Origin: Pseudomonas aeruginosa
GTDB lineage: Bacteria; Pseudomonadota; Gammaproteobacteria; Pseudomonadales; Pseudomonadaceae
DNA length: 32,000 nucleotides
Reading direction: 5' to 3'
NCBI RefSeq assembly: GCF_001457615.1
Contig: NZ_LN831024.1
Span: forward strand, 5,580,001 to 5,612,000
Shown here: in pieces, positions 19,879 to 29,640 of the stretch
Layout of the letters: each line of letters begins with the position of its first letter
Numbering within the stretch: position 1 is the stretch's first letter
Notes under the pieces: generated by a model
Told to the model about the DNA's origin: nothing
The model's input: the letters and a program-made list of their open reading frames with translations, nothing else
Databases searched by the model: none
Program-made: the position numbers and the translations under genes

Positions 19879-21365
19879 TCCTCGAGCAACTGACGAACGG
19901 TAGGTATGAGATCGGTCGCCGCCAGCCCACGCCCCTGGGCGCCGAGCCGCTCACCGGCGGCGGCATGCAGCCAGACCGCCAGGCAGGCCGCCTCGAACGC
20001 CTCCACGCGCTGGGCCAGCAAGGCACCGGTGATGCCCGACAGCACGTCACCCAGGCCGGCACCAGCCATCGCCGGATGCCCCTGGGAACAGACGGCAAGT
20101 CGTCCGTCGGGCGCGGCGACCAGGCTGCCGGCGCCCTTCAGCACCACCACCGCCTGGTAGCGACGCGCCAGTTCCAGCGCCGCCGCCGGGCGGTCCGCCT
20201 GCACCTCGGCGGTCGAGCGACCCAACAGGCGCGCGGCCTCGCCGGGATGCGGCGTCAGAATCCATGTCCGCGGCCCTGCTCCGACCGGTTCCAGGGCCAG
20301 CAGGTTCAACGCGTCGGCATCCCAGACCTGCGGCAACGGTCGCGACCGGACAGCGCTCAGCAGGCTACGCCCCCAGGCGCGCTGGCCAAGACCGGGACCG
20401 AGCACCAGCACGCTGGCGCGTTCGGCAAGGGCCAGCAGTTGGTTCGCCGACGCCACGCCATGGGCCATGACCTCGGGACAACGGCTCAGCAACGCCGGCA
20501 CATATTCGACGCGGGTCGCCACCGAGACCAGCCCGGCGCCGCAGCGCAGGGCGCTTTCCGCGGCCAGTAGCACTGCCCCGCCCATGCCGGTGTCGCCGCC
20601 GACCACCAGCAGGTGGCCGAACAGCCCCTTGTGCGCGGTCCGCGGCCGCGCTGCCAGACTCGGCAGGGCATTTCGTGCCAAACGGTGGGCCCGGGGCTGG
20701 AGCCCTTGCAACACGACGGCGTCGCTGCCGAGTTCGTCGAACACCAGCTCGCCGACCCGTGCCGGCGCCTCGCCAGTGAACAGCCCGATCTTCAGGCCGA
20801 TGAAAGTCACTGTCAGATCCGCCCTGATCGCTTCCCCCAATACCGCACCGGTGTCGGCGCTCAAGCCGGAAGGAATATCCACCGCCAGCACCGGCAGGTC
20901 GGCGGCGTTGGCCAAGCGGATGGCCTGCGCAAAGGGCTCGCGCACGGCACCTGCCAGGCCGGTGCCGAGCAATGCATCCACTACTACGCCCTCGAGCACG
21001 GCGCACTCACTCCAGGGCTCCACCACGACCCCGGTCGCCAGCGCGGCGGCATGCGCCTGCGCCGCGTCGCCGGCAAGCCGCTGCGGCGCCGCGACCGCCA
21101 GCACCCGCACTCGCCAACCCGCACGTTGCGCCAGCGCCGCGATCAGGTAGCCGTCGCCGGCATTGTTGCCGTGCCCGGCGAGCACCGTCAGCGCCGCGGC
21201 CTCCGGCCAACGGCGGCGCAAGGCACGCCAGGCGGCGTGGGCGGCGCGCTGCATGAGTTCGAAGCCCGGCGTACCGGCGGCGATCAGGCGCGCATCGAGG
21301 TCGCGCACCTGGGCGGCGGAATAGAGGGCGAGTGGCAGGTCGTCGTGCTGGAAGGTCATGGTCAT
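19857..21365 (-). CDS. nnr: Bifunctional NAD(P)H-hydrate repair enzyme Nnr (epimerase + ADP-dependent dehydratase, 502 aa)
   Basis: YjeF_N motif [11 protein letters not shown]. The C-terminal carbohydrate-kinase-like part carries GGDTGMGGA and GLGDVLSG. Confidence 0.9.
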   Translation of the reverse strand: MTMTFQHDDLPLALYSAAQVRDLDARLIAAGTPGFELMQRAAHAAWRALRRRWPEAAALTVLAGHGNNAGDGYLIAALAQRAGWRVRVLAVAAPQRLAGDAAQAHAAALATGVVVEPWSECAVLEGVVVDALLGTGLAGAVREPFAQAIRLANAADLPVLAVDIPSGLSADTGAVLGEAIRADLTVTFIGLKIGLFTGEAPARVGELVFDELGSDAVVLQGLQPRAHRLARNALPSLAARPRTAHKGLFGHLLVVGGDTGMGGAVLLAAESALRCGAGLVSVATRVEYVPALLSRCPEVMAHGVASANQLLALAERASVLVLGPGLGQRAWGRSLLSAVRSRPLPQVWDADALNLLALEPVGAGPRTWILTPHPGEAARLLGRSTAEVQADRPAAALELARRYQAVVVLKGAGSLVAAPDGRLAVCSQGHPAMAGAGLGDVLSGITGALLAQRVEAFEAACLAVWLHAAAGERLGAQGRGLAATDLIPTVRQLLEECSPCLK

Positions 21366-21446
21366 CGGATCGATTCGGCGTCAGGCGCGCAGTCTGGCAG
21401 AATTATACCTATCCCATTTCGCTTTCCCTCGTCTTCGTTGCCTCCC

Positions 21447-22532
21447 ATGACTCCCCAACCTCTGGCCGACAACCTTTCCCCGCCGGACCCCGCCCGCCTC
21501 GCCCAGTCCATCAAGGACTGGGGCCGCGAGCTGGGGTTCCAGCAGGTCGGTATCAGCGACGTCGAGCTGGGCGAGCACGAAGCGCACCTGCAGCGCTGGC
21601 TGGAGGCCGGCTACCACGGCGAGATGGACTACATGGCGGCGCACGGCAGCAAGCGCTCGCGACCTGCCGAGCTGGTTCCCGGCACGCTGCGGGTGATCTC
21701 CCTGCGCATGGATTACCTGCCCGGCGACACGCGCATGGCGCAGGTCCTCGCGACGCCGGAAAAAGCCTACGTCTCGCGCTACGCCCTCGGCCGCGACTAC
21801 CACAAGCTGATCCGCAAGCGTCTGCAACAACTGGCCGAGCGCATCCAGGCCGAAGTCGGCCCGTTCGGTTTCCGCGCCTTCGTCGACAGCGCGCCGGTGC
21901 TGGAAAAGGCCATCGCCGAACAGGCCGGCCTCGGCTGGATCGGCAAGAACACGCTGGTGCTCAACCGCAAGGCCGGCAGCTACTTCTTCCTCGGCGAGCT
22001 GTTCGTCGACATGCCGCTACCCGTCGACCCGGCGATGGACAGCGAGCATTGCGGACGCTGCTCGGCCTGCCTGGACATCTGCCCGACCGCGGCCTTCGTC
22101 GGCCCCTACCGGCTGGACGCGCGACGCTGCATCTCCTACCTGACCATCGAGTACAAGGGCGCGATTCCGCTGGAGCTGCGACCACTGATCGGCAACCGGG
22201 TATTCGGCTGCGACGACTGCCAGATCGTCTGCCCATGGAATCGCTTCGCCCGCCCCACCGGGCAGGGCGACTTCCAGCCGCGCCACAGCCTGGACAACGC
22301 CGAACTCGCCGAACTGTTCCTCTGGAGCGAGGAGGAGTTCCTCGGCCGCACCGAGGGTTCGCCGCTGCGCCGCGCCGGCTACGAGCGCTGGTTGCGCAAC
22401 CTGGCGGTGGGGCTGGGCAACGCGCCCTCGACCATCCCGGTGCTGGAGGCGCTGAAGGCGCGCCGCGGGTTCCCTTCGGAGCTGGTCCGCGAGCACGTGG
22501 AATGGGCCCTGCGGCGCCACGGGGAAACCTAG
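21447..22532 (+). CDS. queG: Epoxyqueuosine reductase QueG (361 aa)
   Basis: Real start is the ATG at 21447 (MTPQPLADNL...); the track ORF is a long upstream read-in. It has two 4Fe-4S motifs, CGRCSACLDICP and CDDCQIVCPWN. Confidence 0.9.
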   Translation: MTPQPLADNLSPPDPARLAQSIKDWGRELGFQQVGISDVELGEHEAHLQRWLEAGYHGEMDYMAAHGSKRSRPAELVPGTLRVISLRMDYLPGDTRMAQVLATPEKAYVSRYALGRDYHKLIRKRLQQLAERIQAEVGPFGFRAFVDSAPVLEKAIAEQAGLGWIGKNTLVLNRKAGSYFFLGELFVDMPLPVDPAMDSEHCGRCSACLDICPTAAFVGPYRLDARRCISYLTIEYKGAIPLELRPLIGNRVFGCDDCQIVCPWNRFARPTGQGDFQPRHSLDNAELAELFLWSEEEFLGRTEGSPLRRAGYERWLRNLAVGLGNAPSTIPVLEALKARRGFPSELVREHVEWALRRHGET

Positions 22533-22565
22533 CCCGGCCGGCGCCTGCCGCCCGGTCCGGACGGA

Positions 22566-23108
22566 TCAGAGCTTGATGAAGTGGTCGCGGTAGTGGCGCA
22601 GCTCGGCGATCGACTCGCGGATATCGTCCAGCGCCAGGTGGGTGTTGCCCTTCTTGAAGCTCTCGCGGACCTGCGGCGCCCAGCGCGCGGCCAGCTCCTT
22701 GAGGGTGGAGACGTCGAGGTTGCGGTAGTGGAAGTAGCCTTCCAGCCTGGGCATGTGCCTATAGAGGAAGCGGCGGTCCTGGCAGATGCTGTTGCCGCAG
22801 ATCGGCGAGCTGCGCTTGGGCACCCACTGCTCGAGGAAAGCCAGGGTCTGCGCCTCGGCCTCGGCCATGCTCACGGTACTTTCCCGAACCCTCTGGGTCA
22901 GGCCGGACTGGCCGTGCTGGCGGGTATTCCACTCGTCCATGCCGGCGAGGATTTCCTCTGGCTGGTGGATGGCGATCACCGGTCCTTCGGCCAGGGTGTT
23001 GAGGTCACTGTCGGTGACGATGGTGGCCATCTCGATGATGACGTCCCGGTCCGGATCGAGGCCGGTCATCTCCAGGTCGATCCAGATAAGGTTCTGCGGG
23101 TTCTGCAT
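22566..23108 (-). CDS. orn: Oligoribonuclease Orn (180 aa), DEDDh exonuclease
   Basis: [13 protein letters not shown] (Exo I), WNTRQH and [11 protein letters not shown] (Exo III with His). Confidence 0.96.
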   Translation of the reverse strand: MQNPQNLIWIDLEMTGLDPDRDVIIEMATIVTDSDLNTLAEGPVIAIHQPEEILAGMDEWNTRQHGQSGLTQRVRESTVSMAEAEAQTLAFLEQWVPKRSSPICGNSICQDRRFLYRHMPRLEGYFHYRNLDVSTLKELAARWAPQVRESFKKGNTHLALDDIRESIAELRHYRDHFIKL

Positions 23109-23219
23109 GGGGAGTCGCTCCAGTCGCTATGCCGTGCATTCTAGCGTGGAACGCCGCCGCGCGAATGATGGCGGCGCGCCCATGTTAAACTCGCCGCCGA
23201 TTTTTCATGCGGACGCATC

Positions 23220-24239
23220 ATGGCCAAACGCCACTTGACCCGCCGGCAGAGCTGGCGCATCGAAAAGATCCAGGAAGAACGCGCGGCCCGGGCGGCCCGT
23301 CGCGAGTCGCGTACCGTGGAAGAGCTGGAGGGCGGCGACCTGGGACCGGAGCAGACCGGCCAGGTGATCGCTCATTTCGGGGTTCAGGTAGAGGTCGAGT
23401 CCGCCGACGGCCAGGTTTCCCGCTGTCACCTGCGCGCCAACCTGCCGGCACTGGTGACTGGCGACCAGGTGGTCTGGCGCGCCGGCAACCAGGGCATCGG
23501 CGTGATCGTCGCGCAATTGCCGCGCCGCTCCGAGCTGTGCCGCCCGGACATGCGCGGGCTGCTCAAGCCGGTGGCGGCCAACGTCGACCGCATCGTCATC
23601 GTCTTCGCCCCGCGTCCCGAACCGCACGCCAACCTGATCGACCGCTACCTGATCGCCGCCGAACATGCCGGCATCCAGCCGCTGCTGCTGCTGAACAAGG
23701 CCGATCTGGTCGACGAGAGCAATGCCGAAGGCATCGATGCGCTGCTGAATGTCTACCGCACCCTGGGTTACCCGCTGATCGAGGTGTCGGCCTTCAATGG
23801 CCTGGCGATGGACGAACTGCGCGGCGCGCTGGACGGTCACGTGAGCGTCTTCGTCGGGCAGTCCGGGGTGGGCAAGTCGTCGCTGGTGAATGCCTTGTTG
23901 CCAGGTGTCGACACACGTGTCGGCGACCTCTCCACGGTGACCGGCAAGGGCACCCATACCACCACCACCGCGCGACTGTTCCATTTTCCCGGCGGCGGCG
24001 ACCTGATCGACTCGCCCGGCATCCGTGAGTTCGGCCTGGGGCACGTGTCGCGAGACGATGTCGAGGCCGGTTTCATCGAGTTCCGCGACCTGCTCGGGCA
24101 TTGCCGCTTCCGCGACTGCAAGCACGACCGTGAACCAGGTTGCGCCCTGCTCCAGGCCCTGGAGGACGGGCGCATCATGCCGCAACGCATGGCCAGCTAC
24201 CGGCACATTCTGGCAAGCATGCCGGAAACGGACTACTGA
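23220..24239 (+). CDS. rsgA: Ribosome small-subunit biogenesis GTPase RsgA/YjeQ (339 aa), circularly permuted
   Basis: G4 NKADL precedes G1 [10 protein letters not shown]. The C-terminal zinc knuckle is [14 protein letters not shown]. Confidence 0.95.
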   Translation: MAKRHLTRRQSWRIEKIQEERAARAARRESRTVEELEGGDLGPEQTGQVIAHFGVQVEVESADGQVSRCHLRANLPALVTGDQVVWRAGNQGIGVIVAQLPRRSELCRPDMRGLLKPVAANVDRIVIVFAPRPEPHANLIDRYLIAAEHAGIQPLLLLNKADLVDESNAEGIDALLNVYRTLGYPLIEVSAFNGLAMDELRGALDGHVSVFVGQSGVGKSSLVNALLPGVDTRVGDLSTVTGKGTHTTTTARLFHFPGGGDLIDSPGIREFGLGHVSRDDVEAGFIEFRDLLGHCRFRDCKHDREPGCALLQALEDGRIMPQRMASYRHILASMPETDY

Positions 24240-24242
24240 ACC

Positions 24243-25286
24243 TCAGTCGCCCTTGATCTGCTCCAGCTTCAGGCTGCCGCCGTCGTCGAACAGGTTGAGC
24301 TTCTTCTGCACCTCGTCCGCCGGTAGCGAAGGTTGCGCGCCCGCCGCCGGTGCCTCGGCAGCCGGCTTCGGCTGCTCGCCCGGGGCAGCCGCGGGGGCGC
24401 TGGCTTCGGGAGCGCCGGTCTCGCCTTCGATGGCCTTCTGCGCCTTGCGGGTCAGGACCACGATGTCGATCCGCCGGTTCACCGGGTTCAGCGGGTCCTT
24501 GTCGTCGAACAGGCGTGCCGAGGCATAGCCGACAACCTGGGCGATCTGCCCTTCCGGATAGCCGCCGGCGACCAGTGCTCGGCGCGCGGCGTTGGCGCGA
24601 TTGGCCGATAGCTCCCAGTTGCCGAAGTCGCCGTTGCCGGCATAGGGCTTGGCGTCGGTGTGGCCGCTGATGCTGATCTTGTTCGGCACCTGGCGGATGG
24701 TCTCGGCCATGGCCAGCAGGATGTCCTCGAAATACGGCTGCAGGCGCGCGCTGCCGAGGTCGAACATCGGCCGGTTGGCGGCGTCGACGATCTGGATGCG
24801 CAGGCCGTCGCGGGTGATCTCGAAGTGGATCTGGTCCTTGAAGTCCTTGAGCATCGGATTTTCGTCGACCTTGTTCTGCAACTCCTGCAGCAGCAGCGCC
24901 AGGCGCTCTCGCTCAACCTGCTCGGCGAGGTTCTCGGCCTGGTCGGCGTTGACCTGGTGGTCCTGCTCGGGGCTGATCCGGCTTTCGTTGGAGTCCGGCT
25001 GGGCCTGGACCTGCGGATTGAGGGTCTTGTCCGGCGCCGGCGTCGGCGTGCCGCCGAGGTCGATGACGTAGGGGCTGGCGCTTTCGCTGAAACCGATGGG
25101 GTCCTGGAAGTATCCGGAAATCGCCTTCTTCTGCTCCGGGGTGGCCGAAGACAGCAGCCAGAGCACCAGGAAGAACGCCATCATCGCCGTGGCGAAGTCG
25201 GCGAAGGCGATCTTCCACGAGCCGCCGTGGTGGCCGGCGGCATAGCGCTTGACGCGCTTGACGATGATCGGCTGGTTATTGTCCAT
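24243..25286 (-). CDS. motB: Flagellar stator protein MotB (347 aa)
   Basis: A single TM segment carrying the conserved Asp (IAFADFATAMMAFFLVLWLL) and an OmpA-like peptidoglycan-binding domain (ISGHTDAKPY...NRRIDIVVL), then a P/A-rich C-terminal tail. Confidence 0.92.
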   Translation of the reverse strand: MDNNQPIIVKRVKRYAAGHHGGSWKIAFADFATAMMAFFLVLWLLSSATPEQKKAISGYFQDPIGFSESASPYVIDLGGTPTPAPDKTLNPQVQAQPDSNESRISPEQDHQVNADQAENLAEQVERERLALLLQELQNKVDENPMLKDFKDQIHFEITRDGLRIQIVDAANRPMFDLGSARLQPYFEDILLAMAETIRQVPNKISISGHTDAKPYAGNGDFGNWELSANRANAARRALVAGGYPEGQIAQVVGYASARLFDDKDPLNPVNRRIDIVVLTRKAQKAIEGETGAPEASAPAAAPGEQPKPAAEAPAAGAQPSLPADEVQKKLNLFDDGGSLKLEQIKGD

Positions 25287-25305
25287 CTATCGACAGTGCC
25301 TCCAC

Positions 25306-26157
25306 TCAGCGGCCACGCACGGCCTGCTCGAGCTCGGCGAAGGTCGGCCGATGGGCGGGCAGCAGCACCTTGCGGCCGAACTCGACGGCCAGCGAAGGCG
25401 GCATGCCGGAAGCGGAAGCGACCAGGCAGGCCTTGATCGCCTCGAACAGGTTCAACTCTTCCTTGGCATCGTGCTCCAGGGCGCCCGCCAGCGGGCCGAC
25501 GAAGCCGTAGGCGGCGAGAATCCCGAGGAAGGTGCCCACCAGGGCGGCGGCGACGTGGTGGCCGATCTCCGCCTGGCTGCCTTCGCCAAGCAACGCCATG
25601 GTGATGACGATGCCGAGTACCGCGGCGACGATACCGAAGCCCGGCAGGGCGTCGGCGACTTTGGTCACCGCGTGGGACGGATGCTCCAGGTCCTCCTTGA
25701 GACTGGACAGCTCCATGTCGAACAGGCCTTCCAGCTCGTGCGGCGCCATGTTGCCGGAGGACATGATGCGCAGGTAGTCGCAGACATAGGCGGTCATCCG
25801 CTCATCCTTCAGCACACCGGGGTACTTGCTGAAGATGGGGCTGGCCGCGGGGTCTTCGATGTCCGCCTCGATCGCCATCATCCCTTCGCGCCGGCTCTTG
25901 TTGAGGATCTCGTAGAGCATGCCCAGCACCTCGAGGTAGTAGGTCTGGGTGAAGCGGTTGCTGAACATCTTCGGCGCTTTCTTCAGCACCACCATGAACG
26001 TGCTGCCCGGGTTGGACTGGAGGAACGCCCCCAGTGCCGCGCCACCGATGATCAGGACCTCGAAGGGCTGGATGATGGCGCCGATCTTGCCGCCGGAGAG
26101 CAGGAAGCCCCCGAGGACACTGGCGAAAACGACGATGATGCCGATGATTTTTGACAT
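25306..26157 (-). CDS. motA: Flagellar stator protein MotA (283 aa)
   Basis: MSKIIGIIVVFASVLGGFLLSGG... is a four-TM MotA/TolQ/ExbB-family protein. I used the ATG at 26157; the 46-codon upstream extension in the track crosses the promoter region. Confidence 0.92.
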   Translation of the reverse strand: MSKIIGIIVVFASVLGGFLLSGGKIGAIIQPFEVLIIGGAALGAFLQSNPGSTFMVVLKKAPKMFSNRFTQTYYLEVLGMLYEILNKSRREGMMAIEADIEDPAASPIFSKYPGVLKDERMTAYVCDYLRIMSSGNMAPHELEGLFDMELSSLKEDLEHPSHAVTKVADALPGFGIVAAVLGIVITMALLGEGSQAEIGHHVAAALVGTFLGILAAYGFVGPLAGALEHDAKEELNLFEAIKACLVASASGMPPSLAVEFGRKVLLPAHRPTFAELEQAVRGR

Positions 26158-26215
26158 GAGGACCGGACGTGCGAAATGAACAGGATAAGGAGGGGGACTG
26201 CTAGGCTCCCTCTTG

Positions 26216-26242
26216 TTATCGGTTGCTAGCCGCAAGACTATA
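26216..26242 (-). promoter_or_regulatory. Candidate sigma-28 (FliA) promoter for motAB
   Basis: Minus strand: TATAGTCT (26242-26235), 11-nt spacer, ACCGATAA (26223-26216). Against the enteric consensus TAAAGTTT-N11-GCCGATAA this is 6/8 plus 7/8 with exact spacing, about 58 nt upstream of the motA ATG. Confidence 0.5.
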
Positions 26243-26297
26243 GTCCGAATACTCGAAAAGCCAGTTCGCCGCCTCGCCGACACCGAGCCCGACACCC

Positions 26298-27809
26298 ATG
26301 ACAGACCGCCTCGCCGCCTGGCTCGAAGAGCTCGACCGGCAACCCCTGCCGATCCCCGCCAGCCACTATGCCGGCCTGCACGCCGCGCTGAGCGACAGCC
26401 GTCGCTCGCTGCGCGAGATCGCCGACCAGTTGCAGGGCAGCCCGACGCTGGCGTTGTCCATCCTGCGCGAGGCCAATCGCGCCGAGAGCGCCCGCGACAA
26501 CCCCGCGGAAAGCCTGGAGGTGGCCCTCAGCCGCCTCGGCCTGGCGCGCGCGAGCCAACTTCTGAAGACCCTGCCGAGCATCCAGGATGCGGAGATGCCC
26601 AGGGTCCTCGGGCAGATGCTGCTGATCAGCCAGCACGCCATGCAGCAGGCCAGCGGCCTGTTCGGCGCGCGCCTGGCCAGGCTCTGGCAGGAAATCCACT
26701 GGGGCAGCCTGCTGACCATGGCTCCGGTCTGGGCGCTGGCCAACGCCCGCCCGCAGTTGCTGGAGCAATGGCAGCAACGCGTGCTGGTACAGGGCGAACC
26801 GACCCTGCGAGTGGAGCGCGAACTGCTCGGCATGCGCCTGCTGCCGATCTGCCTGGCGCTGGCCGAACGCTGGCGGCTACCGCAGTGGGTCATCCAGGGC
26901 TATCGCCTGCTCGCCTGCGACCGTCGCCTGCTGGTTCGAGCCCTGCGTATCGCCCGCGACCATCAGTCGCCCCTGCTCCAGCAACAGCAACTCGATGCCC
27001 AGCCCGATCTCGCCCGCTGGCTGACCCAGCCGGCCAACTGCACTCTCCTCGCCAATGGCCTGGCCATCGCCGCGCACCAGAGCTGGGACGGGCCGCACAT
27101 GCTGCGCTGGCAGCGCCTGACCGGCCTGTACCTGGGCCAGCCGCTGACCGAAGTCCAGCAGCAGGTGCACATGCTCGCCGCGCAAAGCGCGCGCCTGCAC
27201 GCCCGGCCGCCGCTGTGGCATCCGGCGGTGGCCTTGATCTGGCCCTGGCAGGCCAGCCGCTGGCGTGCCGAAGCGGCACCCCCGCCGCCGCCCTCGGCGG
27301 AAGCCCTGGCCGAGTGGCGGCAGCATTGCGCCGAGTTGCTCCGGGAGCCCAGCCCGTTCAGCAACGTGGTGCAGCTCACCGCCTGTGCCCGCGATGCGCT
27401 GCGCGCCTGCGGCCTGCAAAGGATGCTGCTGCTGGTGGCCGATCGCACCCAGGTACACGTGCTGGCGCAGCAGAGCGCCGGACTCGAACCGGGCCAGGAG
27501 AAATTGCAACTGGAGATTGCCAGCAGCCCGCTGCTGAAGAAACTGTTCCAGCAACCCGCCCTGCTGCGCATCGGCCCGAACAACCAGGGCCAGTTGCTGC
27601 CGGCCCTCGGCGAACCCTTGCGCCAACTGTTCCCCGGGCCTCACCTGCTGCTGCGCTCGCTGGGCAACGGCTCGCGGGTGGTGATGCTGGTCCTGGCCGA
27701 CCTCGGCGGCCAGCCGTTCAGCGACCTGCATGCCCAGGCCTTCGCCAAGACCGCCCAGTGCACCGAGCGCGCGATCCAGCAGTTCGGCCGCCAGCGCCAC
27801 ACGGAATGA
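26298..27809 (+). CDS. HDOD-domain signalling protein with GAF-like C-terminal half (503 aa)
   Basis: The N-terminal part fits the HDOD pattern (LPIPASHYAGLHAALSDSRRSLREIADQLQGSPTLALSILREANRA...SLEVALSRLGLARASQLL). The C-terminal 150 aa or so (LQRMLLLVADRTQVHVLAQQSAGL...VVMLVLADLGGQPFSDLHAQAFAKTA) looks GAF-like. The ATG at 26298 is the only possible start (in-frame TAG at 26241), and no Shine-Dalgarno is visible. Confidence 0.75.
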   Translation: MTDRLAAWLEELDRQPLPIPASHYAGLHAALSDSRRSLREIADQLQGSPTLALSILREANRAESARDNPAESLEVALSRLGLARASQLLKTLPSIQDAEMPRVLGQMLLISQHAMQQASGLFGARLARLWQEIHWGSLLTMAPVWALANARPQLLEQWQQRVLVQGEPTLRVERELLGMRLLPICLALAERWRLPQWVIQGYRLLACDRRLLVRALRIARDHQSPLLQQQQLDAQPDLARWLTQPANCTLLANGLAIAAHQSWDGPHMLRWQRLTGLYLGQPLTEVQQQVHMLAAQSARLHARPPLWHPAVALIWPWQASRWRAEAAPPPPPSAEALAEWRQHCAELLREPSPFSNVVQLTACARDALRACGLQRMLLLVADRTQVHVLAQQSAGLEPGQEKLQLEIASSPLLKKLFQQPALLRIGPNNQGQLLPALGEPLRQLFPGPHLLLRSLGNGSRVVMLVLADLGGQPFSDLHAQAFAKTAQCTERAIQQFGRQRHTE

Positions 27810-27883
27810 GGGACATGCCCGGCACACTGGTCGGGCGCGCTTTCCGTTAAACTGCTGCCCTTCTTCAACCCGGGGGTACTCGC

Positions 27884-28699
27884 ATGTCCGTCTTCTCCGA
27901 CCTGCCATTGGTGATCGAGCCCAGCGACCTCGCGCCGCGCCTGGGCGCGCCCGAGCTGATCCTGGTCGACCTGACCAGTGCCGCCCGCTACGCCGAAGGG
28001 CATATCCCCGGCGCGCGTTTCGTCGACCCCAAACGCACCCAGTGGGGACAACCCCCGGCACCCGGCCTGCTACCGGCCAAGGCCGACCTGGAAGCCCTGT
28101 TCGGCGAGCTGGGCCACCGCCCGGAGGCGACCTACGTGGTCTACGACGACGAAGGCGGCGGCTGGGCGGGCCGCTTCATCTGGCTGCTGGACGTGATCGG
28201 CCACCACCGCTACCACTATCTCAACGGCGGCCTGCCGGCCTGGATCGCCGACGCCCAGGCGCTCGACCGCGAGGTCCCGGCGCCTGTCGGCGGCCCGCTG
28301 CCGCTGACGTTGCACGACGAGCCCAGCGCGACCCGCGAATACCTGCAAAGCCGCCTCGGCGCCGCCGACCTGGCGGTATGGGATGCGCGCAACCCCAGCG
28401 AATACGCCGGTACCAAGGTGCTCGCCGCGAAGGCCGGGCATGTGCCCGGCGCGATCAATTTCGAATGGACCGCCGGCATGGACCCGGCTCGCGCCCTGCG
28501 CATCCGCGCGGATATCGCCGAAGTCCTGGAGGACCTCGGCATCACGCCGGACAAGGAAGTGATCACCCACTGCCAGACCCACCATCGCTCCGGCTTCACC
28601 TACCTGGTGGCCAAGGCGCTGGGCTACCCGCGGGTCAAAGGCTACGCCGGCTCCTGGTCGGAATGGGGCAACCACCCCGATACCCCTGTAGAGGTTTGA
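27884..28699 (+). CDS. rhdA: Thiosulfate:cyanide sulfurtransferase (tandem rhodanese, 271 aa)
   Basis: Two rhodanese modules. The active-site loop HCQTHHRSG is the RhdA-type loop known from Azotobacter and Pseudomonas RhdA. A GGGGG Shine-Dalgarno precedes the ATG. Confidence 0.9.
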   Translation: MSVFSDLPLVIEPSDLAPRLGAPELILVDLTSAARYAEGHIPGARFVDPKRTQWGQPPAPGLLPAKADLEALFGELGHRPEATYVVYDDEGGGWAGRFIWLLDVIGHHRYHYLNGGLPAWIADAQALDREVPAPVGGPLPLTLHDEPSATREYLQSRLGAADLAVWDARNPSEYAGTKVLAAKAGHVPGAINFEWTAGMDPARALRIRADIAEVLEDLGITPDKEVITHCQTHHRSGFTYLVAKALGYPRVKGYAGSWSEWGNHPDTPVEV

Positions 28700-28702
28700 G
28701 GA

Positions 28703-29572
28703 ATGTCGTTCAAAGATCGTCTGTTCATCTGCAGCCAGTACCTGCTGCCGCACCACCTGCTGTCCCGGCTGATCGGCTTCGCCGCCGACTGCCGGGCGAC
28801 CTGGTTCAAGGACCGCCTGATCGCCTGGTTCGCCCGGCGCTACCAGGTCGATATGCGCGAAGCGCAGGTCGAGGACCTGCAGGCCTATGAACATTTCAAT
28901 GCCTTCTTCACCCGCGCCCTGAAGGATGGCGCCCGCCCGCTGGCCCAGGAGCCCGGCGCGGTGCTCTGCCCGGCCGATGGCGCGATCAGCCAGCTCGGCC
29001 CGATCGAGCACGGGCGGATCTTCCAGGCCAAAGGCCACAGCTACAGCCTGGCCGAACTGCTCGGCGGCGACGCCGAACTGGCCGCGCCCTTCATGGGCGG
29101 CGACTTCGCCACCGTCTACCTGTCCCCCCGGGACTACCACCGCGTGCACATGCCGCTGGCCGGCACCCTGCGCGAGATGGTCTACGTTCCCGGCCGGCTG
29201 TTCTCGGTGAACCAGACCACCGCGGAAAACGTTCCCGAGCTGTTCGCCCGCAACGAGCGGGTGGTCTGCCTGTTCGACACCGAGCGCGGTCCGATGGCCG
29301 TGGTGCTGGTGGGCGCGATGATCGTGGCCTCCATCGAAACCGTCTGGGCCGGCCTGGTTACGCCGCCGAAGCGCGAACTGAAGACCTTCCGCTACGACGA
29401 AGCCGCCCGTGCGCCGATCCGCCTGGAAAAAGGCGCCGAGCTCGGTCGCTTCAAGCTGGGCTCCACCGCCATCGTCCTGTTCGGCCCGCAGCAGGTCGCG
29501 TTCAACGACGGCCTTGGGGCAGCGAGCCCGGTGCGCATGGGCGAATGCCTGGCCCTGCCGAAACAGTCCTGA
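28703..29572 (+). CDS. psd: Phosphatidylserine decarboxylase proenzyme (289 aa)
   Basis: The self-cleavage LGST motif ([11 protein letters not shown]) and YHRVHMP. The start lies 3 nt after the rhdA stop, with GAGG inside the junction. Confidence 0.95.
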   Translation: MSFKDRLFICSQYLLPHHLLSRLIGFAADCRATWFKDRLIAWFARRYQVDMREAQVEDLQAYEHFNAFFTRALKDGARPLAQEPGAVLCPADGAISQLGPIEHGRIFQAKGHSYSLAELLGGDAELAAPFMGGDFATVYLSPRDYHRVHMPLAGTLREMVYVPGRLFSVNQTTAENVPELFARNERVVCLFDTERGPMAVVLVGAMIVASIETVWAGLVTPPKRELKTFRYDEAARAPIRLEKGAELGRFKLGSTAIVLFGPQQVAFNDGLGAASPVRMGECLALPKQS

Positions 29573-29579
29573 CCTCGCC

Positions 29580-29640
29580 GGGACGGAGCGCCCCGAGCGT
29601 CTCCGTCCCATCTCTCCCCGCCGCCGGGACCTCCCGGCGG
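29580..29640 (+). terminator. Two tandem GC-rich hairpins after psd (probable terminator, no U-tract)
   Basis: GGGACGGAG-(12 nt)-CTCCGTCCC at 29580-29609 and CCGCCGGGA-CC-TCCCGGCGG at 29621-40. Both are perfect 9-bp inverted repeats. Confidence 0.5.

Noticed and set aside
22533-22565. GC-rich 33-nt gap between convergent queG and orn as a bidirectional terminator.
   Set aside because: The inverted repeat (GGCCGGCG / CGCCCGGTCC) is imperfect, with a bulge and a mismatch, and has no flanking T or A runs. This is not enough to call a terminator.
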